10,805 nt of DNA from a virus: UHGV virus genome UHGV-0174159; one strand, 5' to 3'. Both the position numbers and the translations under genes were made by a program. Below the pieces are notes generated by a model. That model worked only from the letters and a program-made list of their open reading frames with translations. It was not told where the DNA came from and searched no databases. Shown here piece after piece: positions 1 to 6,829 of this stretch (position 1 is its first letter; the number at the start of each line of letters is the position of its first letter).

Positions 1-183
1 AAACCAATGATTAGTCTGGTTGATGGCGAAGAAATCAAAGGTACTGTTTACCTAGGTGATGGGTGGTCTGCTAAAAAGGATGGTGCTACAATCGTTATCT
101 CTCCTGCTGAAGAAACTGCGTTGTTTAAAGCTAAACACATTTCTGCAGCACATCTCAAGATTATTGCTAAAAATCTTTTGTAA
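1..183 (+). CDS. 3' end of an upstream gene (C-terminal 60 codons), hypothetical protein
   Basis: Frame 1 is open from base 1 to TAA at 181-183 (…DGEEIKGTVYLGDGWSAKKDGATIVISPAEETALFKAKHISAAHLKIIAKNLL*); same strand and codon style as the downstream genes. No start in window. Confidence 0.5.
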   Translation, partial: KPMISLVDGEEIKGTVYLGDGWSAKKDGATIVISPAEETALFKAKHISAAHLKIIAKNLL

Positions 184-202
184 TAAACAATTTCACAAAG
201 TT

Positions 203-248
203 GTTTACATAGGGTTTTAGTTGTGATACTATTACCCTATCAACTACT
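203..248 (+). promoter_or_regulatory. T4 early-type promoter cassette, copy 1 (GTTTAC-N18-TACTAT-N6-ATCAACTACT)
   Basis: GTTTAC at 203-208, TACTAT at 227-232, conserved ATCAACTACT at 239-248; inverted repeat ATAGGGT (209-215) / ACCCTAT (234-240) brackets the -10. SD GAGGAG at 249-254 and ATG at 261 follow. Confidence 0.6.
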
Positions 249-260
249 GAGGAGAATAAA

Positions 261-446
261 ATGAAACGTTGTGAATTAATTCGAAATGTTGCTATTGCAA
301 TTTCTGCTTCCGCTTTTAGTTTTTCAATGTTTGTTGGATTTATATGCGGATTATTAACTACAGCAGAAAATGTGTTTTCACTTGTAGTAGCATTTTTAAT
401 TGGTTTAATCGCTATCGTTATGGATAAAATTTCTAAAGGTGAATAG
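261..446 (+). CDS. small hydrophobic protein (61 aa, probably two TM helices)
   Basis: ATG 6 nt after SD GAGGAG; translation is dominated by hydrophobic stretches (AIAISASAFSFSMFVGFICGLL and VFSLVVAFLIGLIAIV). Confidence 0.6.
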   Translation: MKRCELIRNVAIAISASAFSFSMFVGFICGLLTTAENVFSLVVAFLIGLIAIVMDKISKGE

Positions 447-447
447 A

Positions 448-831
448 ATGTATAAAGTGTATGCGGATTATCAGGCTAATCCATCTAAAAAGCCAAATTG
501 TCAAATTGGATGGGCTCATGATACTTTGCTTGAAGCAGTAGATGCTGCTCAAAAATTAGGATATAAATATGTAGAGATTGTTCAACTACCATCAGGAACA
601 GTTATTACTCTTGAAGAGTTCAATAACATTAAACCAAACTTTTTACTTTTTGCAGGTGATAATTATTATCCTCGTGGTGGATATGCTGATTTAATCGCGA
701 AAGCCGCTACTGAAGATGAACTTCGTGATATTATCAAAGAAAATGAAAACAAACCGATGTATGGTTTCAATCGCTTTGATTGGTGGCAAATTGTAAATGC
801 CCATACTCATACTATTGTTGATGAAGGCTAA
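448..831 (+). CDS. hypothetical protein (127 aa)
   Basis: ORF-track ORF 439-831 begins at a GTG; the first ATG is at 448, 8 nt after AAGGTG. Tightly packed after the previous stop (TAG 444-446). Confidence 0.6.
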   Translation: MYKVYADYQANPSKKPNCQIGWAHDTLLEAVDAAQKLGYKYVEIVQLPSGTVITLEEFNNIKPNFLLFAGDNYYPRGGYADLIAKAATEDELRDIIKENENKPMYGFNRFDWWQIVNAHTHTIVDEG

Positions 832-833
832 TA

Positions 834-1139
834 ATGATTCTTTATGCGAAAGTATCGTCTATTGAAAATGGATATAAATATGATCAAGATGCGGCTAAAG
901 CCTTGATTGATGATTATGGCATTTTAACATGTTTTGAAGTTGAAAAGGTTTACATTGACCGTTCATCTTCTCAAGTTAAATTAGTGAAGGAAGACCGTAA
1001 ATTTAACACAGTTAACTTTGATTTCTTTATTGAAACGGAAAAAGGTCCTCTTGAATATGATATTTTCAAGAATCCTTTGGGTCTTGAATGTATTAAATAT
1101 ACTTACATTAATATGGTGAGCAAATGTATATTCGTTTAG
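834..1139 (+). CDS. hypothetical protein (101 aa)
   Basis: ATG at 834 lies 2 nt after the upstream stop (TAATAATG); continuous ORF. Confidence 0.55.
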   Translation: MILYAKVSSIENGYKYDQDAAKALIDDYGILTCFEVEKVYIDRSSSQVKLVKEDRKFNTVNFDFFIETEKGPLEYDIFKNPLGLECIKYTYINMVSKCIFV

Positions 1140-1639
1140 GTAGCACAATTCCTAAGGGTTACGTAATTGATGTCACTACCTGGGAAAATGATGGTGATAA
1201 CTATAAAACCAAAACACTGTTTGGCGTAGAAGAGCATGAGCTCCAACAGTTTAAATATCTCTTAAAGAAGTTTAAGAGTCGTCATTCTAGTACCAAAGCT
1301 GAACATTATTGTGGTAATACACTATTCAGCGATTGCTCATCTATTATCTATGAATACTTGGTTGAAGGACTGTTCTCTGATCAGCTCACCCCGGAATTCA
1401 TTAAAAAGGTCTTTGATATTGAAGTTGACCTTGGTGATAAATCTGAAGAAGACGAAGCCCGCGTATTCGACTTGTTCCATGAGAATGGATATTTGGTATC
1501 AGAAGGTCTCATTAATATTCTTGGTTATGCTTCTGAATACTATGATTACTATTTCTTGCGTGTAGTTGAACGTGTTGAATTCGCTTATATTGAAGAAGAA
1601 ATCGTTTTGCCAACTGTTAAAATGATTGATTTGCTTTAA
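1124..1639 (+). CDS. hypothetical acidic protein (171 aa)
   Basis: ATG at 1124 preceded by GGTGAG; overlaps the upstream gene by 16 nt; ORF track. Confidence 0.6.
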   Translation: MYIRLGSTIPKGYVIDVTTWENDGDNYKTKTLFGVEEHELQQFKYLLKKFKSRHSSTKAEHYCGNTLFSDCSSIIYEYLVEGLFSDQLTPEFIKKVFDIEVDLGDKSEEDEARVFDLFHENGYLVSEGLINILGYASEYYDYYFLRVVERVEFAYIEEEIVLPTVKMIDLL

Positions 1640-1725
1640 GAAATATTTGTTATTATTAACTCATACCGCACTGATTAATACCCTCTATCATCAAGGGTTC
1701 TTGTTTGAGAGCCTTTGTTAATAAT

Positions 1726-1798
1726 TGGGAATTAGCCAAGTTGGTAAGGCACTGGATTTTGATTCCAGGATGCAAAGGTTCGAGTCCTTTATTCCCAG
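1726..1798 (+). tRNA. tRNA-Gln (anticodon TTG), CCA not encoded
   Basis: Acceptor TGGGAAT/ATTCCCA; anticodon stem CTGGA/TCCAG with loop TTTTGAT; T-arm AAAGG-TTCGAGT-CCTTT. Folded by hand. Confidence 0.85.
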
Positions 1799-1799
1799 C

Positions 1800-1886
1800 G
1801 CGAGAATGGTCAAATTGGTAAAGGCACAGCACTTAAAATGCTGCGGAATGATTTCCTTGTGGGTTCGAGTCCCACTTCTCGCACCA
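1800..1886 (+). tRNA. tRNA-Leu (anticodon TAA), type II with long variable arm, CCA encoded
   Basis: Acceptor GCGAGAA/TTCTCGC; anticodon loop CTTAAAA between CAGCA/TGCTG; T-arm GTGGG-TTCGAGT-CCCAC; 3' ACCA. Confidence 0.85.
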
Positions 1887-1891
1887 AATTT

Positions 1892-1965
<74 letters not shown>

Positions 1966-1975
1966 ATTTAATTTA

Positions 1976-2049
1976 CTCCGTGTAGCTCAGTTTAGTAGAG
2001 CGTCTGCTTTGGGAGCAGAATGTCGTAGGTTCAAATCCTGCCACGGAGA
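1976..2049 (+). tRNA. tRNA-Pro (anticodon TGG), CCA not encoded
   Basis: Acceptor CTCCGTG/CACGGAG; anticodon stem TCTGC/GCAGA with loop TTTGGGA; T-loop TTCAAAT. Confidence 0.8.
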
Positions 2050-2051
2050 CT

Positions 2052-2141
2052 GGAGGCGTGGCAGAGTGGTTTAATGCACCGGTCTTGAAAACCGGCAGTC
2101 GCTCCGGCGACTCATAGGTTCAAATCCTATCGCCTCCGCCA
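2052..2141 (+). tRNA. tRNA-Ser (anticodon TGA), type II, CCA encoded
   Basis: Acceptor GGAGGCG/CGCCTCC; anticodon stem CCGGT/ACCGG with loop CTTGAAA; long variable arm; T-loop TTCAAAT; 3' GCCA. Confidence 0.85.
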
Positions 2142-2146
2142 GGTTT

Positions 2147-2222
2147 GCTGATTTAGCTCAGTAGGTAGAGCAACTCACTTGTAATGAGAAGGTCGGCGGT
2201 TCGATTCCGTCAATCAGCACCA
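2147..2222 (+). tRNA. tRNA-Thr (anticodon TGT)
   Basis: Acceptor GCTGATT/AATCAGC; anticodon loop CTTGTAA; T-loop TTCGATT; 3' ACCA. Confidence 0.8.
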
Positions 2223-2223
2223 A

Positions 2224-2298
2224 GGCCCTGTAGCTGGAAGGTTCAAGCAAGCGACTCATAATCGCCAGATGGTGGTTCAATTCCACCCAGGGCCACCA
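2224..2298 (+). tRNA. tRNA with anticodon CAT (Ile2/lysidine type or Met; Ile in T4)
   Basis: Acceptor GGCCCTG/CAGGGCC; anticodon loop CTCATAA; T-loop TTCAATT; 3' ACCA. Identity beyond the anticodon is inferred from the T4 tRNA set. Confidence 0.75.
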
Positions 2299-2307
2299 AA
2301 TTAATTA

Positions 2308-2394
2308 GGGGAGTTATCCCGTAGAGGTAGCGGTGTGGACTGTAAATCCATTGTCATTGCGACTCGGGTGGTTCGACTCTATCACTCCCCACCA
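2308..2394 (+). tRNA. tRNA-Tyr (anticodon GTA), type II with long variable arm
   Basis: Perfect 7-bp acceptor GGGGAGT/ACTCCCC; anticodon stem GTGGA/TCCAT (one G-U) with loop CTGTAAA; 15-nt variable arm; T-arm GGTGG-TTCGACT-CTATC (two G-U pairs); 3' ACCA. The D-arm pairing is imperfect. Confidence 0.6.
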
Positions 2395-2398
2395 ATTT

Positions 2399-2473
2399 GG
2401 ATGTGTAGCTCAATGGCAGAGCGATCGCCTGTTAAGCGATTGGTTATAGGTTCGAATCCTATCACGTCCGCCA
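2399..2473 (+). tRNA. tRNA-Asn (anticodon GTT)
   Basis: Acceptor GGATGTG/CACGTCC (one G-U); D-stem GCTC/GAGC; anticodon stem ATCGC/GCGAT with loop CTGTTAA; T-arm ATAGG-TTCGAAT-CCTAT; 3' GCCA. Confidence 0.8.
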
Positions 2474-2477
2474 AATC

Positions 2478-2553
2478 CGAGGCATAGCTCAGAAGGAAGA
2501 GCAAGGACCTTCTAAGTCCTGGGTCGTAGGTTCGATCCCTACTGCCTCGACCA
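2478..2553 (+). tRNA. tRNA-Arg (anticodon TCT)
   Basis: Acceptor CGAGGCA/TGCCTCG; D-stem GCTC/GAGC; anticodon stem AGGAC/GTCCT with loop CTTCTAA; T-arm GTAGG-TTCGATC-CCTAC; 3' ACCA. Confidence 0.8.
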
Positions 2554-2868
2554 GACAAGAAGCCGGGTCGCTACCGGCAAGTCGTCGGACTGATGTTCCC
2601 TGTTTAAGGACTGGCATTAATAAATCTTTATGTTTTGTTAATGTCCCCTTATATCACAACAGAAACGGCGCACCGAATTATCGATTCGAGGAAATATCTT
2701 TGCCGTAAGCCGAGTAGCGTTTTTGACGGAACGTTCGGATATGGTCGAGATATGGCCTTTTAAAAATATTGAGTAGCGTCAACTGCTTAATAACCGGGTT
2801 CGAATCCCGGCGTTTCGTACAAACACTTGCCTTAGCAGGTGGAACCCCGACAAGGTTGCCGCAAGGCT
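2554..2868 (+). ncRNA. candidate small stable RNA(s) with tRNA-like elements, positionally analogous to the T4 species 1/2 RNAs
   Basis: No credible ORF; sits between tRNA-Arg and a terminator. Contains a canonical T-arm-like motif CCGGG-TTCGAAT-CCCGG (2794-2810), a GCCGG/CCGGC hairpin near 2563-2579, and direct repeats GAGTAGCGT (2713-2721 and 2771-2779) and GATATGG (2738-2744 and 2748-2754). Exact ends unknown. Confidence 0.3.
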
Positions 2869-2869
2869 T

Positions 2870-2897
2870 AGCCCCAGCCGAAAGGTTGGGGCTTTTT
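2870..2897 (+). terminator. rho-independent terminator (10-bp stem, GAAA tetraloop, T5)
   Basis: AGCCCCAGCC-GAAA-GGTTGGGGCT followed by TTTTT. Confidence 0.8.
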
Positions 2898-2899
2898 AG

Positions 2900-2907
2900 T
2901 ATAAATA
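2900..2907 (+). promoter_or_regulatory. T4 late-promoter motif TATAAATA upstream of the 2944 internal-protein gene
   Basis: Exact TATAAATA 36 nt upstream of the ATG; prohead internal proteins are expected to be late-expressed. Confidence 0.55.
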
Positions 2908-2943
2908 AGTATATTAAAACCACGAATTAAAACAGGAAATAAG

Positions 2944-3417
2944 ATGAAATCATATGCTCAATTTTTAAATGAAGCGGTGTTAAATGAAGCATCTAGCACC
3001 GAAATTCAAGCTGTTGCAAAAGCTGCCATTGCCGCGGGTAAATATTCCTATAAAGATGCTTCCGATGAATCACGATTCCAATTTGCTCGCGACATGAAAG
3101 CAGAAGGATTTACGGGGAATGCTGTTAGTATGGCCTGGAAAAGTTTAGTTGCTACTGGCGCTGCTTTTGCAAAGGCTTCGGGTAAACCTGCTCCTAAAGC
3201 AGATCCTAAAGTCGCACAAGAGAAAAATATTGTTAAAGGAATTATCTCCAAATATGAAGCTATCCTTAAAGAGCTTTTAGTAATCAAAACTGAAGGCCAG
3301 AAACTTGCGCGAGCTCATAGTTTCAAAGATAATCCACATGTTCACTCTCTTGAGTATGTTGAAGACATCCAAAAAATTATCAAAGACCGCATTTGGTCTG
3401 CTAAACAAATCAAATAA
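2944..3417 (+). CDS. internal-protein-like capsid protein with N-terminal capsid-targeting sequence (157 aa)
   Basis: N-terminus MKSYAQFLNE|AVLNE|A resembles the T4 internal-protein CTS (MKTYQEFIAE) with L-x-E prohead-protease motifs; SD AGGA upstream; bracketed by two near-identical terminators. Confidence 0.7.
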   Translation: MKSYAQFLNEAVLNEASSTEIQAVAKAAIAAGKYSYKDASDESRFQFARDMKAEGFTGNAVSMAWKSLVATGAAFAKASGKPAPKADPKVAQEKNIVKGIISKYEAILKELLVIKTEGQKLARAHSFKDNPHVHSLEYVEDIQKIIKDRIWSAKQIK

Positions 3418-3424
3418 CATTCTT

Positions 3425-3452
3425 AGCCCTAGCCGAAAGGTTGGGGCTTTTT
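3425..3452 (+). terminator. rho-independent terminator, near-identical copy of the 2870-2897 terminator
   Basis: AGCCCTAGCC-GAAA-GGTTGGGGCT followed by TTTTT, immediately after the stop at 3415-3417. Confidence 0.8.
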
Positions 3453-3585
3453 GGTATCTAGGCCTTTCCAGGCCTCTCTAGACATCATTTAGTTTCTACC
3501 CTTTATAATATATTATCCTACCTTTTAATTTCCTCTCCCTGCCCTAGAATTCCCCAAAACTTTTTAAAAATTTTTTCACAAAACT

Positions 3586-3631
3586 GTTTACATCCCTGTT
3601 CTTCCGTGGTACTATATCAATATCAACTACT
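3586..3631 (+). promoter_or_regulatory. T4 early-type promoter cassette, copy 2
   Basis: GTTTAC 3586-3591, TACTAT 3610-3615 (18-nt spacer), ATCAACTACT 3622-3631; same geometry as copies 1 and 3. Confidence 0.6.
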
Positions 3632-3658
3632 GATACAGAAAACAACTTGGAGAACGAA

Positions 3659-3922
3659 ATGGATAATTACGGCGAACTGTTCAACTTCTTTATGAAATGT
3701 GTTTCAGAAGATTTCGGTCGTACAGTGAATGATATTAAAGTTATCGGTCCTGATCATCCGATGTTTGAAACCTATGCAGTAATGGGTAATGAAGACGGTC
3801 AGTGGTATACTGTAAAGGTTGTGATTAATATGTTCACGGCAGAAGGTTATGTTAAACTGTCTTCTAAAGTTTACCATGATAACGACGAAATCGCAGAAGA
3901 ATATTTCAATAATATGAAATAA
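3659..3922 (+). CDS. hypothetical protein (87 aa)
   Basis: ORF-track ORF 3647-3922 starts at a TTG; ATG at 3659 lies 6 nt after GGAG (3649-3652). Confidence 0.6.
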   Translation: MDNYGELFNFFMKCVSEDFGRTVNDIKVIGPDHPMFETYAVMGNEDGQWYTVKVVINMFTAEGYVKLSSKVYHDNDEIAEEYFNNMK

Positions 3923-3958
3923 GTTTACACAGGCTCATGATTGAGATATTATGAGCCT
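3923..3958 (+). promoter_or_regulatory. promoter-early stem-loop (PeSL-like): GTTTAC fused to the upstream stop, -10-like sequence in a hairpin loop
   Basis: TAA-GTTTAC (3923-3928); 8-bp inverted repeat AGGCTCAT (3931-3938) / ATGAGCCT (3951-3958) encloses TATTAT (3947-3952), 18 nt from the -35. Confidence 0.55.
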
Positions 3959-3978
3959 ATAACTTTGAGGAGAACATT

Positions 3979-4311
3979 ATGAAACGCAACTTTAGCAAAG
4001 CTTTTTGTAATAGAAATAATTATCCTGAAGAGCTTTTTGAATCTAAGGACTTTAAAGAGTTTAACGAACGTTCTCAAAACATGCCTGTACAATGGGTGTT
4101 AGATTATGCCAAACGTATCTTTGAAGGTGTACGTTGGTTCAGTCCTGATGATGAAGCCCCATATTTTCAAAGGGCATGGTCTATAGTCAATCAAGCTTAT
4201 ATTGATGCTTTAGAAAATATTAATATTATGGATGACGATGCTTTGTTAATCATCGATGAGTCTATTAATAGTAGTATCGATAAATTTATTGATGAATTGG
4301 ACGAAGAATAA
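3979..4311 (+). CDS. hypothetical protein with acidic C-terminus (110 aa)
   Basis: ATG preceded by GAGGAG; ORF track; flanked on both sides by PeSL-like elements. Confidence 0.65.
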   Translation: MKRNFSKAFCNRNNYPEELFESKDFKEFNERSQNMPVQWVLDYAKRIFEGVRWFSPDDEAPYFQRAWSIVNQAYIDALENINIMDDDALLIIDESINSSIDKFIDELDEE

Positions 4312-4348
4312 GTTTACAAACTCTTGGGAGTAGAGTATAATACTCCCA
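4312..4348 (+). promoter_or_regulatory. promoter-early stem-loop (PeSL-like) with perfect TATAAT in the loop
   Basis: TAA-GTTTAC (4312-4317); 8-bp inverted repeat TGGGAGTA (4325-4332) / TACTCCCA (4341-4348); TATAAT at 4336-4341, 18 nt from the -35. Confidence 0.55.
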
Positions 4349-4383
4349 CGGATTTTAAATCTTAATTAACTTAAGGAAATACT

Positions 4384-4977
4384 ATGAACACACTGAAGAA
4401 AATTGTTGAGTTTATTCGCACTAAACTTGGTTCTGCTATGGCTAAAAATCTATCTGTTGAAGAACAGTATACTGCTGCGGCAGCAAAACTACTTGATAAG
4501 ATTAAAGATCTAAAAACTGCTTCTATTAAATCTATTAATGAAGAAAAACGTATTCGTGAACTTATTGTCGAAAAGAATAAGCAGGCCGAATCAAAAGAGC
4601 GTGAAATTCGCAAGCTTCTTTCGGAAGGTCAAGATGTAACAATGCATGCTAAACTCGGTTTACTATATCGTCGAACAGCTGAGCAGTTGACTACTAAAGC
4701 TGATGGTTATGCTGAAATGCGAATTGAAATCGCCAAGAAAGTAGTTGAATTGGATGATGCTCGCCAAGAACTTGCAGTTAAATTGGAATATATCCGTGAA
4801 ACTCGAGCAGCGAATGCACTTGGAATTAGTACTGCTGATGATGTAGTTGAAATTGCAGCACTGACTAAGGTTGATATTGAAGATACTCTTGCTCGAGTTG
4901 AAACCTTTAATGGTAATATTTCTGGGGTTGAAACCACCTCTGCCGATGTTCAGGAATATATTAATTCTCTGAAATAA
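4384..4977 (+). CDS. hypothetical alpha-helical, probably coiled-coil, protein (197 aa)
   Basis: ATG 9 nt after AAGGA; translation is rich in K/E/A/L and reads as heptad-like throughout. Confidence 0.7.
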   Translation: MNTLKKIVEFIRTKLGSAMAKNLSVEEQYTAAAAKLLDKIKDLKTASIKSINEEKRIRELIVEKNKQAESKEREIRKLLSEGQDVTMHAKLGLLYRRTAEQLTTKADGYAEMRIEIAKKVVELDDARQELAVKLEYIRETRAANALGISTADDVVEIAALTKVDIEDTLARVETFNGNISGVETTSADVQEYINSLK

Positions 4978-4982
4978 TGATA

Positions 4983-4998
4983 AGGGGCTTCGGCCCCT
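4983..4998 (+). other. stable RNA hairpin with UUCG tetraloop (AGGGGC-TTCG-GCCCCT)
   Basis: 6-bp GC-rich stem closing a TTCG loop directly after the stop of the 4384 gene; no U-tract follows. C(UUCG)G hairpins are a recognised feature of T4 intergenic mRNA. Confidence 0.6.
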
Positions 4999-5018
4999 AT
5001 TACTTGGAGTAAATAGGA

Positions 5019-5627
5019 ATGAAAATGCAAAGTGATTTCAATTCAATGTTTGAAGAATTCCAAAGACAAGTTGATGTTCCAGACCAATTACTAAATGCTC
5101 TTAAACGTATGGCAGAAGGACGTAATTATTATTGGGGTTCTTCATATGAAACTGATGAAAGTCTTTCTGGAAGATTTTCCAGAGGTAAAAAGTCTTTAAT
5201 ACGTCCTGGAATACTTATTAACAGTATTGAATCAATTCATTTATTAACATGCGATTTTGACGTTGAATTTACTGATTTCGTTTCCCCTGAATGGACAGTA
5301 TGTTATTTAAACGACGATTATGATTATCTCGGTGTTTATAGTTTAAGTGACGCATGGTTTAAACGTAATTTACAAAAGTCAAATTTATTTTATATTGATA
5401 CTACTGTAAAATTTCAGGGCAAGAAATATTTCTTTACTCTTATAGTTGATTCTGAAACGAAGCATGAAAATAAACGTATTCTTAGTAAAAAGAATATCTT
5501 AACTATTGTTGATGATCTTTTTGATAAATTCGTGGAAAATCCAAATTTTGAAAGCGATTTATTATTAGAAAAATTTGTTAAGGAATGTAGAGAATATGTC
5601 AAAACCATCACTATACCTTCCAAGTAA
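5019..5627 (+). CDS. hypothetical soluble protein (202 aa) with C-terminal FVKECR motif shared with the next three genes
   Basis: ORF track; GGAG at 5004-5007; a second in-frame ATG at 5025 is an alternative start. Confidence 0.65.
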   Translation: MKMQSDFNSMFEEFQRQVDVPDQLLNALKRMAEGRNYYWGSSYETDESLSGRFSRGKKSLIRPGILINSIESIHLLTCDFDVEFTDFVSPEWTVCYLNDDYDYLGVYSLSDAWFKRNLQKSNLFYIDTTVKFQGKKYFFTLIVDSETKHENKRILSKKNILTIVDDLFDKFVENPNFESDLLLEKFVKECREYVKTITIPSK

Positions 5628-5988
5628 ACCTTTGAAGTATGAATCAAAGCACCAGATAATTTCTACCGATGTATTAATAGGTCCTGTAATAGCTATATCA
5701 TTTGTAATTCTATTGATTATTGGAGGTGTTTTAGATGTTATGACTGATATTGATTCTGGCGAAATACTTGTGTTAATGCTAATTCTTCCATTGGTAGTTC
5801 CACTTTTATTAGTACCGGTAAATTGGGTAGGATACTGGTATCAAGGAAGACATTATCGTAAACGTGTACGTGAATGGAAAGCTCAGTGTAAAAAGATTAA
5901 AAAGGAACACCAGCTTAAATTAGATATGCATGAATTTAACGAAATTATGAAATTTGTTAAGGAATCACGATGCAAAAGCCAAAACTAA
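5596..5988 (+). CDS. small two-TM membrane protein, paralog A (130 aa)
   Basis: ORF-track ORF 5575-5988 starts at a TTG; first ATG at 5596 after AAGGA (5580-5584). Two hydrophobic segments, then a basic tail ending KFVKESRCK. Start uncertain. Confidence 0.55.
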   Translation: MSKPSLYLPSKPLKYESKHQIISTDVLIGPVIAISFVILLIIGGVLDVMTDIDSGEILVLMLILPLVVPLLLVPVNWVGYWYQGRHYRKRVREWKAQCKKIKKEHQLKLDMHEFNEIMKFVKESRCKSQN

Positions 5989-6344
5989 ATAAAGTCAAAT
6001 ATTCTTTTTCTGAGTCATTTTTAATTTTTGCTGTGGCGTTGGCTGCAGCTCTTGCTGGTAGTCTTATTGGATTAATGATTGACTGTATTATTTTAAACAT
6101 CCGCAGTAATGTCAGCGGTATAGTAGATATAATAGAAGTTTGGAGTGAACTTCATTATACTATAGCGATTTCATTATTTTCATTCTTTGGTATTATTTTA
6201 TATTTTCATTATGATAATTTTAAAATAAATTGGCAAAGAAAAAAGGATTACAAAATACAATTAAAAGAATATAATAACTACATGTCTTATATTGAAAATG
6301 AATCAATGAAAGAATTCGTGAATGATTGTAGGAAAATCAAATGA
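5970..6344 (+). CDS. small two-TM membrane protein, paralog B (124 aa)
   Basis: ATG 7 nt after AAGGA; N-terminus MQKPKLNKVKYSFSES resembles paralog A (MSKPSLYLPSKPLKYESK); two hydrophobic segments; tail ends EFVNDCRKIK. Confidence 0.65.
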   Translation: MQKPKLNKVKYSFSESFLIFAVALAAALAGSLIGLMIDCIILNIRSNVSGIVDIIEVWSELHYTIAISLFSFFGIILYFHYDNFKINWQRKKDYKIQLKEYNNYMSYIENESMKEFVNDCRKIK

Positions 6345-6829
6345 TTTTAAAAACTCGCTGGTATGATTTAGATGATGGGGATGATGGCATTTCAGTTGAT
6401 AGAGTTGACTGGAATGGCTGTTCCGAAGATATGAAAAATTTGCTGATTAGGGAGTTTAGAATGGGATATCAACCAGTTAAGCCATCTACTGCAACAGATG
6501 ATAAATTCGTGTGTATTCATAATGGTCGCGCTAAATTAACGAACACTGATTGGTTCACAGATAAGATTATGATTCTGTGGTATATTATTAGTTTTCCTGT
6601 GACATCATTTGTATTTTGCTTCTTTGGAGAAAGTCCAGTAGACAGAACGGGAGATTGGATTATTTTAACCATACTTGTTAATATTTTTACAGCAGCAATA
6701 TTATCTGGGATATGGTACACGTTCATTGAAATGCCATGGCGTTTACGTAGGCAGCAAAAGATTTTTGATGAAAAGAAATATACTCAAAATTTAAATAATT
6801 TTATCACCGAATGCAGGAAATTAAAATGA
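6341..6829 (+). CDS. membrane protein, paralog C with N-terminal extension (162 aa)
   Basis: ATGA start/stop overlap with paralog B; two hydrophobic segments in the C-terminal half; tail ends NFITECRKLK. Confidence 0.65.
   Translation: MILKTRWYDLDDGDDGISVDRVDWNGCSEDMKNLLIREFRMGYQPVKPSTATDDKFVCIHNGRAKLTNTDWFTDKIMILWYIISFPVTSFVFCFFGESPVDRTGDWIILTILVNIFTAAILSGIWYTFIEMPWRLRRQQKIFDEKKYTQNLNNFITECRKLK

Noticed and set aside
3453-3585. Replication origin (T4 oriE-like) in the CT-rich intergenic tract
   Set aside because: I cannot recall the oriE location or iteron sequence well enough, and no clear iterons are visible; left as an unexplained biased tract.
4384-4977. PspA/IM30-like identity for the coiled-coil protein
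   Set aside because: Helical character is compatible, but I could not find the conserved N-terminal PspA signature and the similarity is only compositional.
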